Positions 38,358 through 46,908 of a stretch of 64,000 nucleotides of DNA are shown piece by piece; within the stretch, counting starts at the first letter, position 1, and each line of letters starts with the position of its first letter. Under the pieces are notes generated by a model, which had not been told where the DNA came from, ran no database searches, and worked only from the letters and a program-made list of their open reading frames with translations. Origin of the DNA: an uncultured Acidobacteriaceae bacterium (GTDB lineage: Bacteria > Acidobacteriota > Terriglobia > Terriglobales > Acidobacteriaceae); contig CAWEGN010000011.1 of NCBI GenBank assembly GCA_963808805.1, positions 34,583 through 98,582 on the forward strand, given 5' to 3'. The translations under genes and the position numbers were made by a program.

Positions 38358-38433
38358 TGGCAGGGGCGGAGGGATTCGAACCCCCAAGTCCGGTTTTGGA
38401 GACCGGCAGTTTAGCCGTTGAGCTTACGCCCCT
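38358..38433 (-). tRNA. tRNA-Trp (anticodon CCA), CCA encoded
   Basis: AGGGGCG acceptor, anticodon loop CTCCAAA, T arm GGGGGTTCGAATCCCTC; 76 nt. Confidence 0.9.
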
Positions 38434-38438
38434 GAAAT

Positions 38439-38544
38439 CAGCTCTTAGCTTCTAGCCTCTGGCTTCTAGCTTGGCCGGGGGAGAACCGAATACTAAACCT
38501 CCCGATACCGGAGCTAGGAGCTAGAAGCTAGCGGCTAGAAGCTG
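38439..38544. repeat. Inverted CTAG-heptamer arm pair with ~35-nt core
   Basis: Arms are CAGCTCTTAGCTTCTAGCCTCTGGCTTCTAGCTTGG and GGAGCTAGGAGCTAGAAGCTAGCGGCTAGAAGCTG. Occupies the rpmG/tRNA-Trp spacer. Confidence 0.88.
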
Positions 38545-38546
38545 CC

Positions 38547-38696
38547 TTACTTCGTTTCCTTATGCACCTGGTGCTTGCGGCAGCGCTTACAGAACTTCTT
38601 CAGCTCGAGACGGCCCGTGACCGTCTTCTTGTTCTTCGTCGTCGAGTAGTTCCGCTCTTTGCACTCGGTGCACTCCATTGTAATGATTTCCCGCAT
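38547..38696 (-). CDS. rpmG: 50S ribosomal protein L33
   Basis: Not in the ORF track (49 aa). The reverse complement reads [49 protein letters not shown]-stop, with two CxxC pairs. Confidence 0.9.
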   Translation of the reverse strand: MREIITMECTECKERNYSTTKNKKTVTGRLELKKFCKRCRKHQVHKETK

Positions 38697-38708
38697 CTCA
38701 AACCCCTT

Positions 38709-38810
38709 CAGTTCTCAGTTCTTAGTTCGTAGTTCTCAGTTTCCGCTGCGCCGCTCATCCCGTCGCCAGCCACAGTCGCGTCAACTGTAAACTGCGAACT
38801 ACGAACTTAC
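38709..38810. repeat. Inverted heptamer arm pair using CAGTTCT/TAGTTCG and AACTGNN/AACTACG units
   Basis: Left arm at 38709-38743, right arm at 38783-38810, with a ~20/22 complementary core stem. The right arm contains the tuf stop codon. Confidence 0.88.
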
Positions 38811-39994
38811 TTGATAATTTCCGAGATCGTGCCCGCGCCCACCGTCCTGCCGCCCTCGCGGATGGCGAACCGCAAACCCTTCTCCATGGCCACCGGCGTG
38901 ATCAACTCCACTTCCAGCTCCACGTTGTCGCCCGGCATCACCATCTCCACCCCCGCCGGCAGCTCCGCCACTCCCGTCACGTCCGTGGTGCGGAAGTAAA
39001 ACTGCGGCCGGTAGCCCTTGAAGAACGGCGTATGACGCCCCCCCTCTTCCTTGCTCAGCACGTACACCGAGCTCTTGAAGTTCGTGTGCGGCGTAATCGA
39101 TCCCGGCTTGGCCAGCACCATCCCCCGCTCCACGTCCTCCTTCGGCGTGCCGCGCAGCAGAATCCCCGCGTTGTCCCCCGCCAGTCCTTCGTCCAACTGC
39201 TTCTTGAACATCTCCACGCCCGTGCACACCGTCTTGCGCGTCTCGCGGAATCCCACAATCTCCACGTCCTCGCCCACCTTCACCTTGCCCCGCTCGATGC
39301 GGCCGGTGACCACCGTCCCACGTCCGGAGATAGAAAAAATATCCTCGATGGGCATCAGGAACGGCTGATCCACCGCGCGCTCCGGCCGCGGCACATACTT
39401 GTCCACCGCATCCATCAGCTCGTCGATCTTCGCCTCCCACTCCGCCTCCCCGTTCAAGGCGCCCAAAGCCGATCCCCGAATCACCGGCACGTCGTCGCCC
39501 GGAAACTGGTACTTGGTCAGCAGTTCCCGCACTTCCATCTCCACCAGGTCGATCAGCTCGCCGTCTTCCACCGCGTCGCACTTGTTCAGGAACACCACGA
39601 TGCAGGGCACCCCCACCTGCCGCGCCAACAAAACGTGTTCTTTAGTTTGCGGCATCGGGCCGTCCGTCGCCGCCACCACCAGAATCGCTCCGTCCATCTG
39701 CGCCGCGCCGGTGATCATGTTCTTGATGTAGTCCGCGTGACCCGGGCAGTCCACGTGCGCGTAGTGACGGTTCTTGGTCTCGTACTCCACGTGCGCCGTG
39801 GCGATGGTGATGCCCCGCTCCCGCTCTTCCGGCGCGTTGTCGATGGAGTCGAACGAGCGGAACACAATCTTGGGATTGTGCTTCTGCAATACCTTGGTGA
39901 TGGCCGCCGTCAACGTCGTCTTGCCGTGATCGATGTGACCGATCGTCCCTACGTTCACGTGCGGCTTGCTGCGATCAAACTTTTCCTTCGCCAT
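38807..39994 (-). CDS. tuf: Elongation factor Tu
   Basis: [21 protein letters not shown]; 395 aa. Confidence 0.97.
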   Translation of the reverse strand: MAKEKFDRSKPHVNVGTIGHIDHGKTTLTAAITKVLQKHNPKIVFRSFDSIDNAPEERERGITIATAHVEYETKNRHYAHVDCPGHADYIKNMITGAAQMDGAILVVAATDGPMPQTKEHVLLARQVGVPCIVVFLNKCDAVEDGELIDLVEMEVRELLTKYQFPGDDVPVIRGSALGALNGEAEWEAKIDELMDAVDKYVPRPERAVDQPFLMPIEDIFSISGRGTVVTGRIERGKVKVGEDVEIVGFRETRKTVCTGVEMFKKQLDEGLAGDNAGILLRGTPKEDVERGMVLAKPGSITPHTNFKSSVYVLSKEEGGRHTPFFKGYRPQFYFRTTDVTGVAELPAGVEMVMPGDNVELEVELITPVAMEKGLRFAIREGGRTVGAGTISEIIK

Positions 39995-40082
39995 AAAGCC
40001 TCAAGTTCCTTTCCTCGTGTTACTGCCTTCTCCACACCGGGGGCGTTCGCCGCCGCGAACTCCAGCCCCCAAAACCTCAAAA

Positions 40083-40203
40083 GCTGCTTCTAGCTTCTAG
40101 CCTCTAGCTACTAGCTACTAGCTACTAGCTCAATCCTGCTTCTGCAAGCCACATCGGCTCAATCTCCCACCCTACAAGCTAGAAGCTAGTAGCTAATAGC
40201 TTG
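40083..40203. repeat. Inverted CTAG-heptamer arm pair with ~46-nt core
   Basis: Left arm ends (CTAGCTA)x4. Right arm is AGCTAGAAGCTAGTAGCTAATAGCTTG. The core aligns to the cores at 40.66 and 40.87 kb. Confidence 0.88.
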
Positions 40204-40266
40204 CCTTTCTCATTTCCCCTGCGCCCGGCCGATGATCTCGTCGGCAATCATGCGCGGCGCCTCAAA

Positions 40267-40299
40267 CTGTTCCCTGATCCCTGATCCCTGTTCCCTGCC
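40267..40299. repeat. Heptamer array (GTTCCCT/GATCCCT)
   Basis: CTGTTCCCTGATCCCTGATCCCTGTTCCCTGCC, ending 4 nt before the stop of ORF 40304-40612. Confidence 0.85.
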
Positions 40300-40303
40300 T
40301 TTC

Positions 40304-40612
40304 TCAGTAGTACGCGTACGCCTTCAAATACCTCTGCCTCAGTTCCAGCGGCACCGCTTCCACAAGTCTCAAATACCGCTCTCGCGTCAGCGCCTGGTCT
40401 GAAACCGGCAGCGCCTGGTACAAACCGATCGCGTCCTTACCCAGCAACCCGCGATCGAGAATCCCCTCGTAATCGCGGATGCGCCGCTTGGCCTTGCTCA
40501 CCCGGTTCAGGAAGACTTCCACGTCGCGCGCATCGAACGCTGCATCGATGAGCGCGTGAAGCCTCTGATATCCCGGCTCATCCTTGACCGCGATCGCTGC
40601 CTGCTCAAACAT
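40304..40612 (-). CDS. Hypothetical protein (102 aa) embedded between tRNA-Gly and tuf
   Basis: Clean ORF with host-like codon bias, bracketed by heptamer elements. No family recognised. Confidence 0.5.
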   Translation of the reverse strand: MFEQAAIAVKDEPGYQRLHALIDAAFDARDVEVFLNRVSKAKRRIRDYEGILDRGLLGKDAIGLYQALPVSDQALTRERYLRLVEAVPLELRQRYLKAYAYY

Positions 40613-40628
40613 CCTTAAACCTCAAAAA

Positions 40629-40741
40629 CAGCCTCTAGCTTCTAGCCACTAGCTTCTAGCTCGATCTTGCCGCCTCAAACCTCAGAGGTTCAACCTGCCA
40701 CTACAAAAGCTAGAAGCTAGGAGCTAATAGCTAGTAGCTTG
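40629..40741. repeat. Inverted CTAG-heptamer arm pair with ~45-nt core
   Basis: Arms are CAGCCTCTAGCTTCTAGCCACTAGCTTCTAGCTC and AGCTAGAAGCTAGGAGCTAATAGCTAGTAGCTTG. Confidence 0.88.
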
Positions 40742-40745
40742 TCTC

Positions 40746-40820
40746 TGGAGCGGGAGACGGGACTCGAACCCGCGACCAACAGCTTGGAAGGCTGTGACTC
40801 TACCACTGAGTTACTCCCGC
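40746..40820 (-). tRNA. tRNA-Gly (anticodon UCC), CCA encoded
   Basis: GCGGGAG acceptor, anticodon loop CTTCCAA, T arm GCGGGTTCGAGTCCCGT; 75 nt. Confidence 0.9.
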
Positions 40821-40829
40821 CCGTAAAAC

Positions 40830-40939
40830 CAGCCTTTAGCTTCTAGCCACTAGCTTCTAGCCCGACCGTTCCGCTTCAAGCCTCGGCGGCTCGTCCGCCG
40901 CCGCCAAGCTAAAAGCTAGAGGCTAGTAGCTAGAAGCTG
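40830..40939. repeat. Inverted CTAG-heptamer arm pair with ~44-nt core
   Basis: Arms are CAGCCTTTAGCTTCTAGCCACTAGCTTCTAGCC and AGCTAAAAGCTAGAGGCTAGTAGCTAGAAGCTG. Confidence 0.88.
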
Positions 40940-40944
40940 ACTTC

Positions 40945-41020
<76 letters not shown>

Positions 41021-41036
41021 CCGCTAAACCCACAAA

Positions 41037-41151
41037 AGCCAGCCACTAGCTTCTAGCCGCTAGCTTCTAACTCCGTTCTGCTCGCCCGTGCCTCGTCGCC
41101 TCGATCTTGCACTACCGAAGCTAGAAGCTGGGAGCTAGCAGCTAGGAGCTG
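41037..41151. repeat. Inverted CTAG-heptamer arm pair with ~46-nt core
   Basis: Arms are AGCCAGCCACTAGCTTCTAGCCGCTAGCTTCTAAC and AAGCTAGAAGCTGGGAGCTAGCAGCTAGGAGCTG. The right arm encodes the last codons and stop of ORF 41142-41369. Confidence 0.88.
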
Positions 41152-41369
41152 TCTTTCTCCCTGCGAATCTTCTCCGCATGACGGGCCAAAACCGTTCTCA
41201 ACGCCAGCCCGCCAATGATGAAGAGCGGAACCAGCCTTAACTCCACCGGTCTGCCAAACACGAGTACCGAACCGTCGCCCATCGTCAGCCAAGCCAGAGC
41301 CGCCAAAACCGCGAACATGGCCAGCGCCGCCCAGAACTTCCGGTCTAAATCCGCTTCGGCGCTCATCAC
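41142..41369 (-). CDS. Hypothetical small membrane protein (75 aa) embedded between tRNA-Tyr and tRNA-Thr(GGU)
   Basis: Two hydrophobic segments (FWAALAMFAVLAALAWL and LVPLFIIGGLALRTVL) and a basic tail. Confidence 0.45.
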   Translation of the reverse strand: MMSAEADLDRKFWAALAMFAVLAALAWLTMGDGSVLVFGRPVELRLVPLFIIGGLALRTVLARHAEKIRREKDSS

Positions 41370-41384
41370 TGCCCGCTACCCGCT

Positions 41385-41420
41385 GATCCTTGTTCCCTAG
41401 TCCCTAGTCCCTAGTCCCTG
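41385..41420. repeat. Heptamer array (CCCTAGT x4)
   Basis: GATCCTTGTTCCCTAGTCCCTAGTCCCTAGTCCCTG. Confidence 0.88.
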
Positions 41421-41426
41421 CTTTTC

Positions 41427-41515
41427 TGGTGCACAGGGGAGGATTCGAACCTCCGTAGCTCGCAAGGAGCGGCAGATTTACAGTCTGCTGCCATTAACCG
41501 CTCGGCCACCTGTGC
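41427..41515 (-). tRNA. tRNA-Tyr (anticodon GUA), long variable arm, CCA encoded
   Basis: GCACAGG acceptor, anticodon loop CTGTAAA, variable-arm hairpin GCTC-CTTGC-GAGC, T arm GGAGGTTCGAATCCTCC; 89 nt. Confidence 0.88.
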
Positions 41516-41778
41516 CCAAATCACAAACATCGGCAACCCTGAGTGCCCTCCTCGCCGCCTGTCTTTTTTTGCGGCCAGGGTGGGAAACTCCAAAATATCC
41601 ACGCAACCAAAATGCCCGTTCAGCCCGCTTCCGCGCACGCCGCAACCTCCGGAGTGCCTCCGGACCTTGCGATCCTGCGCCTGAAGTGGAATCACTGTGG
41701 TGCCGAGGTCCGGCGTCCGCCACTCGCGCCCGCCGGTAAACTCTGCCGCTTCCGTCTCCGGTTCGGGTTTCTTTCTTG

Positions 41779-41854
41779 TGGAGCTGGCGAAGGGATTTGA
41801 ACCCCCGACCCTCTGATTACAAATCAGATGCTCTACCAGCTGAGCTACGCCAGC
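41779..41854 (-). tRNA. tRNA-Thr (anticodon UGU), CCA encoded
   Basis: GCTGGCG acceptor, anticodon loop TTTGTAA, T arm GGGGGTTCAAATCCCTT; 76 nt. Confidence 0.9.
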
Positions 41855-42203
41855 TCTCCGGCGCCCGCCATTGCGGACCACCATCCCACGGGAAACCTTC
41901 CCGGAGGCCGAAAAGTACGCAGACACACTCCCATTTTCCGCGTAGACGGCACAGAAATCAAGGTTAGCACAGCGCCGCAGCCGGAGCAAACGCGGAAAAG
42001 GCACGGAACGTCCGGCCCATGGCTCGGCAGAACACAGCGAACGGAATCGGGGGCCGGCCTAAAGACAAGGCAGTGCAAATCCAGGTGCGCCGGCCGCGCA
42101 ACCCTCCAGAGTTGTATTGCTGAACTACCGCTCTACAGTGGATCATTTTCTTGGTACCCTGCAACACATTTCTCTGTCCCGATTGACGACTGGAGGCTCC
42201 TTT

Positions 42204-43007
42204 ATGCGCAAGGCCGTATGCGCGTTTCTGTTCCTGGTGTTTTGCCCGTTCCTCATCGCCCAGCAGGCGCTGAACAACGACTCCATCATCAAGATGGTCA
42301 AGGCTCAGCTCTCCGACGACGTCATCGTCACCACCATCAATGCCTCGCCGGGCGCCTTTGACACCTCGCCGGACGGCCTCATCGCGCTCAAGCAGGCCGG
42401 CGTCAGCGACAAAGTGATTGCCGCCATCGTGGCCAAGGGAGCAGCCGCTGCACCCGATTCCGCCGCGCCCCCCACCCCCGATGCCTCCGCGCCCGCAACC
42501 CCGCTCCCTCCCGGTGTCGAAAACATCGGCGCTTACTACAAAGACAGCGGCGGCAATTGGCAGCCGCTTCCCTCTGAGGTGGTCATCTTTCAATCCGGCG
42601 GCCTGGTCAAGCACGTCGCCTCCGCCGGCCTCATGAAAGAGGATCTGAACGGCCTCGTCGGGGGCATGCGCAGCCGGCTCGTCGTCAGCACCCCCGTCAC
42701 CTTCATACTCCACGTCCCGCAGGGCCGCACCGCCAACGGCTACGAGCTGGTTCGCCTGCATGTGGCAGGCAATAACCGGCAGTTCCAGTCCGTCGCCGGA
42801 GGCCTTGAGCTTCAGCATGGATCCGCCAGCTCGCTTCGCGACGAGATCGATTTCTCCAGCAAGCAAATCGGCCCGTCCGCCTACCAGATCGTGCTGGGCT
42901 CGGAGATTGGCGAGGGCGAATTCGGTTTTCTTGAGCCGCAAGACACCGCCTCCTCAAAAGCCCCTCCCAGCTCCGGCAAAATCTTCACCTTCGCCATCGT
43001 CAACTAA
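42204..43007 (+). CDS. Secreted hypothetical protein (paralog family with N-terminal NNDxxIKxVKAxLSDDxIVTTIN motif)
   Basis: GGAGG lies upstream of ATG 42204. Signal peptide MRKAVCAFLFLVFCPFLIAQQ. Paralogous to 43871-44655. Confidence 0.7.
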   Translation: MRKAVCAFLFLVFCPFLIAQQALNNDSIIKMVKAQLSDDVIVTTINASPGAFDTSPDGLIALKQAGVSDKVIAAIVAKGAAAAPDSAAPPTPDASAPATPLPPGVENIGAYYKDSGGNWQPLPSEVVIFQSGGLVKHVASAGLMKEDLNGLVGGMRSRLVVSTPVTFILHVPQGRTANGYELVRLHVAGNNRQFQSVAGGLELQHGSASSLRDEIDFSSKQIGPSAYQIVLGSEIGEGEFGFLEPQDTASSKAPPSSGKIFTFAIVN

Positions 43008-43187
43008 GCCGAGCCCTGCAACCACCGGCGCGGCGCCTTCCCCCCGTTTCAATGGGGCTGCGAGTGGCCTGCAAATCAACAAACTCTTGCGCAAACCGGC
43101 GATTGGGTAGATGATTCGGGTACGATTCCAAAGCACTTTCTCTCGTTCCAAACACCAAGGGCGGTCGTGTGTTGAAAGGGGTAAAAG

Positions 43188-43655
43188 GTGAACAAGCTAC
43201 TAGCCATCCTTCTTTGTGTTTTATTTCCAATCAGCGCGTTTGCCGGCGATATCGGTTACAAAATCGTCTATGACGGCGGGTCCCTTCCCACCTCCAAGGC
43301 CGGGACGGACATGAAGCTGTACATTGAAGGCGCAAACATCCGGATCATGAGTCGCGGGTCTGAAGTTGCGGTCATTCCGGCCGCATCTGTCACCGAAATA
43401 AGCTACGGACAGGATGTGCACAGGCGCGTAGGCGCGGCCATCGGTGTCGCCGTGGTTTCGTTCGGTCTGGGAGCCCTGCTAGCCCTGTCCAAATCGAAGA
43501 AGCACTTTGTCGGCATCACTTGGGATAACAACGGCCAAAAGGGTGGAATCGCGTTTCAAGCCGACAAGAGCGATTATCGTGGCCTGCTAGCGGGACTTGA
43601 AGGGATCACCGGCAAGAAAGCCGTTGACTCCGACACGATGACTGTGAAGAACTGA
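43188..43655 (+). CDS. Secreted or membrane-anchored hypothetical protein
   Basis: GTG start, signal peptide MNKLLAILLCVLFPISAFA, one internal TM (AAIGVAVVSFGLGALLAL). Lower GC than the flanks. Confidence 0.55.
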   Translation: MNKLLAILLCVLFPISAFAGDIGYKIVYDGGSLPTSKAGTDMKLYIEGANIRIMSRGSEVAVIPAASVTEISYGQDVHRRVGAAIGVAVVSFGLGALLALSKSKKHFVGITWDNNGQKGGIAFQADKSDYRGLLAGLEGITGKKAVDSDTMTVKN

Positions 43656-43683
43656 CCCATTCATGTCCCGCCCCTGCCGGGTG

Positions 43684-43737
43684 CCGGGGTACCCCGCCCA
43701 AGCCGGGCTTGGGCGGGATAAGGTCAGCGCAACACCC
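43684..43737. repeat. REP-like hairpin repeat (copy 1)
   Basis: CCGGGGTACCCCGCCCAAGCCGGGCTTGGGCGGG...GCGCAACACCC, with a perfect 11-bp stem at 43693-43717. A diverged copy lies at 44702-44755. Confidence 0.7.
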
Positions 43738-43870
43738 ATTGCGCCTGCCGTCCATTCTTGCCTCCTCAGCCTACAACGAAAGTTCTCTTGCGGAAATCCG
43801 CATTTCGTTAGATGATTCTGTTGCAATCCTGCACTGGTTTTTCCAGTTCGGAAACCTATGGAGAAGCTTC

Positions 43871-44655
43871 ATGCGTAAATTTCTGTTTGCCGTGTTCTTT
43901 CTGCTTATCTGCTCGTTCGCGTTCGCTCAGCAGGCCATGAACAACGATGCCGTCATCAAGCTGGTCAAAGCCGGCCTCTCCGACGATCTCATCGTCACCA
44001 CCATCAACTCGTCACCAGGTACCTACGACACCTCCGCGGATGGGATCATAGCCCTCAAGACCGCGGGCGCCAGCGACAAGGTCATCGCGGCAGTCGTTGC
44101 CAAGGCTGCGGCGCCTTCCACGCCGCCTCCCGCCGCCTTTGCGGTTCCAGCGTCCACCGGCCGCCCCGCTGGCATCGATGATGTCGGCGTTTACTACCGG
44201 AGATAAGAACGGCGCGTGGACCTCTCGAGCCGGAGATCGTGAACTTTAAGACCGGCGGCTTCCTCAAGAGCATCGCCACAGATGGCCTCGTCAAAGGTGA
44301 CGTCAACGGCCACATTCAGGGCAAGAGCTCGAAGAACGTCCTGACGTTTCCCGTCATTCTTGCGGTCTACGTGCCCGAGGGCGTCAACATCGCCGAGTAT
44401 CAACTGCTGCGTCTTCGCCTAAGCGGCAATGCGCGCGAGTTTCGCTCCGTCACTGGCGGCGTCATTCACTCCTCCGGCGGTGCAACCCGCGACAACGTCC
44501 AGTTTCAATCGCAGAAGATCGCTCCTCGCGTCTACCAGATCACCCTTGATCAATCGCTGGGCAAGGGCGAATACGGCCTCCTGCCTCCCGGCTCCTACAC
44601 CAGTTCGAACATGGCCAGCGGAGGCAAAATCTACTCCGTAAGCATTCCCGAGTAG
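43871..44655 (+). pseudogene. Paralog of 42204-43007, disrupted by at least two indels
   Basis: Signal peptide MRKFLFAVFFLLICSFAFAQQ and the shared N-terminal motif. Frame A ends ..VGVYYRR-stop at 44204-44206. An intermediate frame reads DKNGAW. A third frame continues PLEPEIVNFKTGG.. to 44655. The paralog has YYKDSGGNWQPLPSEVVIFQSGG at this point. Confidence 0.75.
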
Positions 44656-44701
44656 CGCAGTCCCTATGCGGCTCGTTCAGGACTTGTTGGCCGATCACTT
44701 C

Positions 44702-44755
44702 GCCGGGTACCCCGTTAAGCTCGGCTTGCGGCTGTGCTTGGTTCGCGCAACACCC
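44702..44755. repeat. REP-like hairpin repeat (copy 2, diverged)
   Basis: GCCGGGTACCCCGTTAAGCTCGGCTTGCGG...TTCGCGCAACACCCG, aligned by eye to 43684-43737. Confidence 0.6.
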
Positions 44756-44876
44756 GCCGCACTATACGCAGCACGCCCTCATCCAGTCCGCGGTCCCACT
44801 GTGACGGGGATTACGTCACAAAACTATAAAGGGGAGTAGCATCGTGGCCGATCCTTGCTGTGAGGGCAAACTCGCC

Positions 44877-45676
44877 ATGAAACACCTTGCGCCGCTTTTT
44901 CTTTCGCTCGCCATTCTCATTGCAGCCGCGCCGCTGTCCGCCAAAGAGAGCCAGCCGCCCAATACAAAACCATCGTCGTCAAGCACTTCATCAACTCCAA
45001 CGGGGCCGGCCAGTCGCAGGAATTCATCAATTATTTCTGCGACTCACTGGTCGTCCAACTGGAGAAGATCAAGATTGCCGGCCAGGTTGTTGAAGAGGGA
45101 GCCACGGTGCCCGCCGCGGATGCCGCCGCCTCGATCGTGATCGAAGGCAAGTTCACGGAATTCAGCAAAGGCGGCTTGTTCGCGCCCGGCAGCCTCGGAG
45201 TGGAGATTGACATCTATCGCCTGAGCGATCGCGCCCTGGTGAAGACCACCACGGCCAAGGTCCCATTCAAGTCATCTCCCGGCAACAAGGACAAGAACGT
45301 AGCCGAGTACACGGGCGCACAGACCGCCTATCTCGTCAGGCAGGCCCTCAAAGGCGTCAGCTTGTCCAGTATTCCTCCTGCGGCGCCCGGCTCCAGCCCC
45401 GCAGCGTCCGGCGCTGCCGCCGCGCCGTCTTCCGCAACCGCTCCTGCCGGCCCTGACGCTGTCGCTTCCGTCCAGTTGTCATCCGACCCCACCGGAGCCG
45501 AAATCACAATCGACGGCAACTACGTGGGCAGCACGCCAAGCACCGTCAACCTCAAACCCGGGGCCCACTCCATCAAAATGACCCTGTCCGGATATACGCC
45601 CTGGGTGCGGTCCATTGAAACCCAGGGCGGCGAGTCGCGCAACCTTGCAGCGGAGCTCGAACCGGCAAAGCCATGA
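44877..45676 (+). pseudogene. Secreted PEGA-domain protein, frameshifted as assembled
   Basis: The signal peptide MKHLAPLFLSLAILIAAAPLSAKE is in one frame. The mature part, KTIVVKHFINSNGAGQSQEF...PEGA-like SDPTGAEITIDGNYVGSTPSTVNLKPGAHSIKMTLSGYTPW, is in another. Adding one A to the A4 run at 44966-44969 joins them. Confidence 0.75.
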
Positions 45677-45746
45677 CCGCGCGCTGACACGTCCCCCAGC
45701 CGGCAGTGATAGGCTCATTCCTGATGGTTTTGCCTAGCCTTCAAGA

Positions 45747-46718
45747 ATGAACCGACGCACGCGCAAAACGCTTCTCATCGTTGCCGCGATCCTGCTTTTG
45801 CTGGGCGTGGCCGTCTTTTTGCGCTCCAAGGCCCCGCCCGAGGCCGCGCGCCTGCTGCCTGAGTCCGATGGCATCGTCTACATCAACCTCAAGGCCATCC
45901 GCACCATCTTCCACAGGGAGATCAAGCCGCCCAACCGCGTCCCCGAGTACCAGCAGTTCATCGACGCCATCGGCATCGATCCCGAACGCGACCTCGACCA
46001 GGTGGCCATCGGCCTGCATCGCATGCCCGATCCCAATGGCCCCAATGGCCCCGTCGCCTACTCTATGGTCCTGGTCGGCAAAATCACCGGCAAGCGCCTC
46101 AACGCGTGGCTCGACGCTCACGCCACCTCGCGCGAGACCTACGTCGGCCACACCATCTACAGCATCCTCTCCGAGGGCCGCACCGTTCGCGTCGCGCAAA
46201 TCGGCTACGACATGGTGGCCGTCTCCAACACCCCCACCACCGAGCAGATCCACTCCATCCTCGACCGCCATCGCGCCGCCGCTCTGCCTTTCGCCGGCTC
46301 CTCGCTCCTCGAGCACCACTACCACGACGTGCCTCTGCTCTCGCTCGCCTGGGGTGTCGGCCAAATCGGCCTTCCCTTCTCCGAGAGCGGCTCCATCCAC
46401 GTCTTCGGCCTCGCCCTGCCCCTCCAGCAGGACTCCACCATCGTCGCCAGTGTCGCGCCCGCCTTCCCCGTGCCCGGCTCCTTCGGCGCCCTGCGCTTTC
46501 GTGTCGAAGACATCGCCCCCAGCGTAGACAAGGCCGCCAGCGAAGCCGCCGCCCTCGCCACTCTCGTCACTCTCGCCCGCGGCCTCGCCCAGCCCCTCGC
46601 CGATACCACCGCAAACAACGCCTTCAAGGAACTTCTCAAGACCGCCGAAGTAAGCCAGCACGGCGAGCGCGTCATCGTCACCGCCACGCTACCCGCCGGC
46701 TCCCTCGCAGGTTACTAG
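45747..46718 (+). CDS. Membrane-anchored hypothetical protein
   Basis: N-terminal anchor MNRRTRKTLLIVAAILLLLGVAVFL; 323 aa. No family recognised. Confidence 0.6.
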   Translation: MNRRTRKTLLIVAAILLLLGVAVFLRSKAPPEAARLLPESDGIVYINLKAIRTIFHREIKPPNRVPEYQQFIDAIGIDPERDLDQVAIGLHRMPDPNGPNGPVAYSMVLVGKITGKRLNAWLDAHATSRETYVGHTIYSILSEGRTVRVAQIGYDMVAVSNTPTTEQIHSILDRHRAAALPFAGSSLLEHHYHDVPLLSLAWGVGQIGLPFSESGSIHVFGLALPLQQDSTIVASVAPAFPVPGSFGALRFRVEDIAPSVDKAASEAAALATLVTLARGLAQPLADTTANNAFKELLKTAEVSQHGERVIVTATLPAGSLAGY

Positions 46719-46908
46719 CCCGTCCCTCCGGCAATCCAAAATAAGCGGCCGTTCGACCGCGAGGATCGCTCCTCGCCCGCTCGCTGATCCACCGGTTTCT
46801 GACTTGCTCCCTCTCTTCTTTGCTCCTTCCCCGCCTTCCCGTGCATCTGAAACAATGGTTCTTGGCTTTCCGATCCGCCTGTTCCACTTCCCACCCCCGC
46901 GAGGTTCC

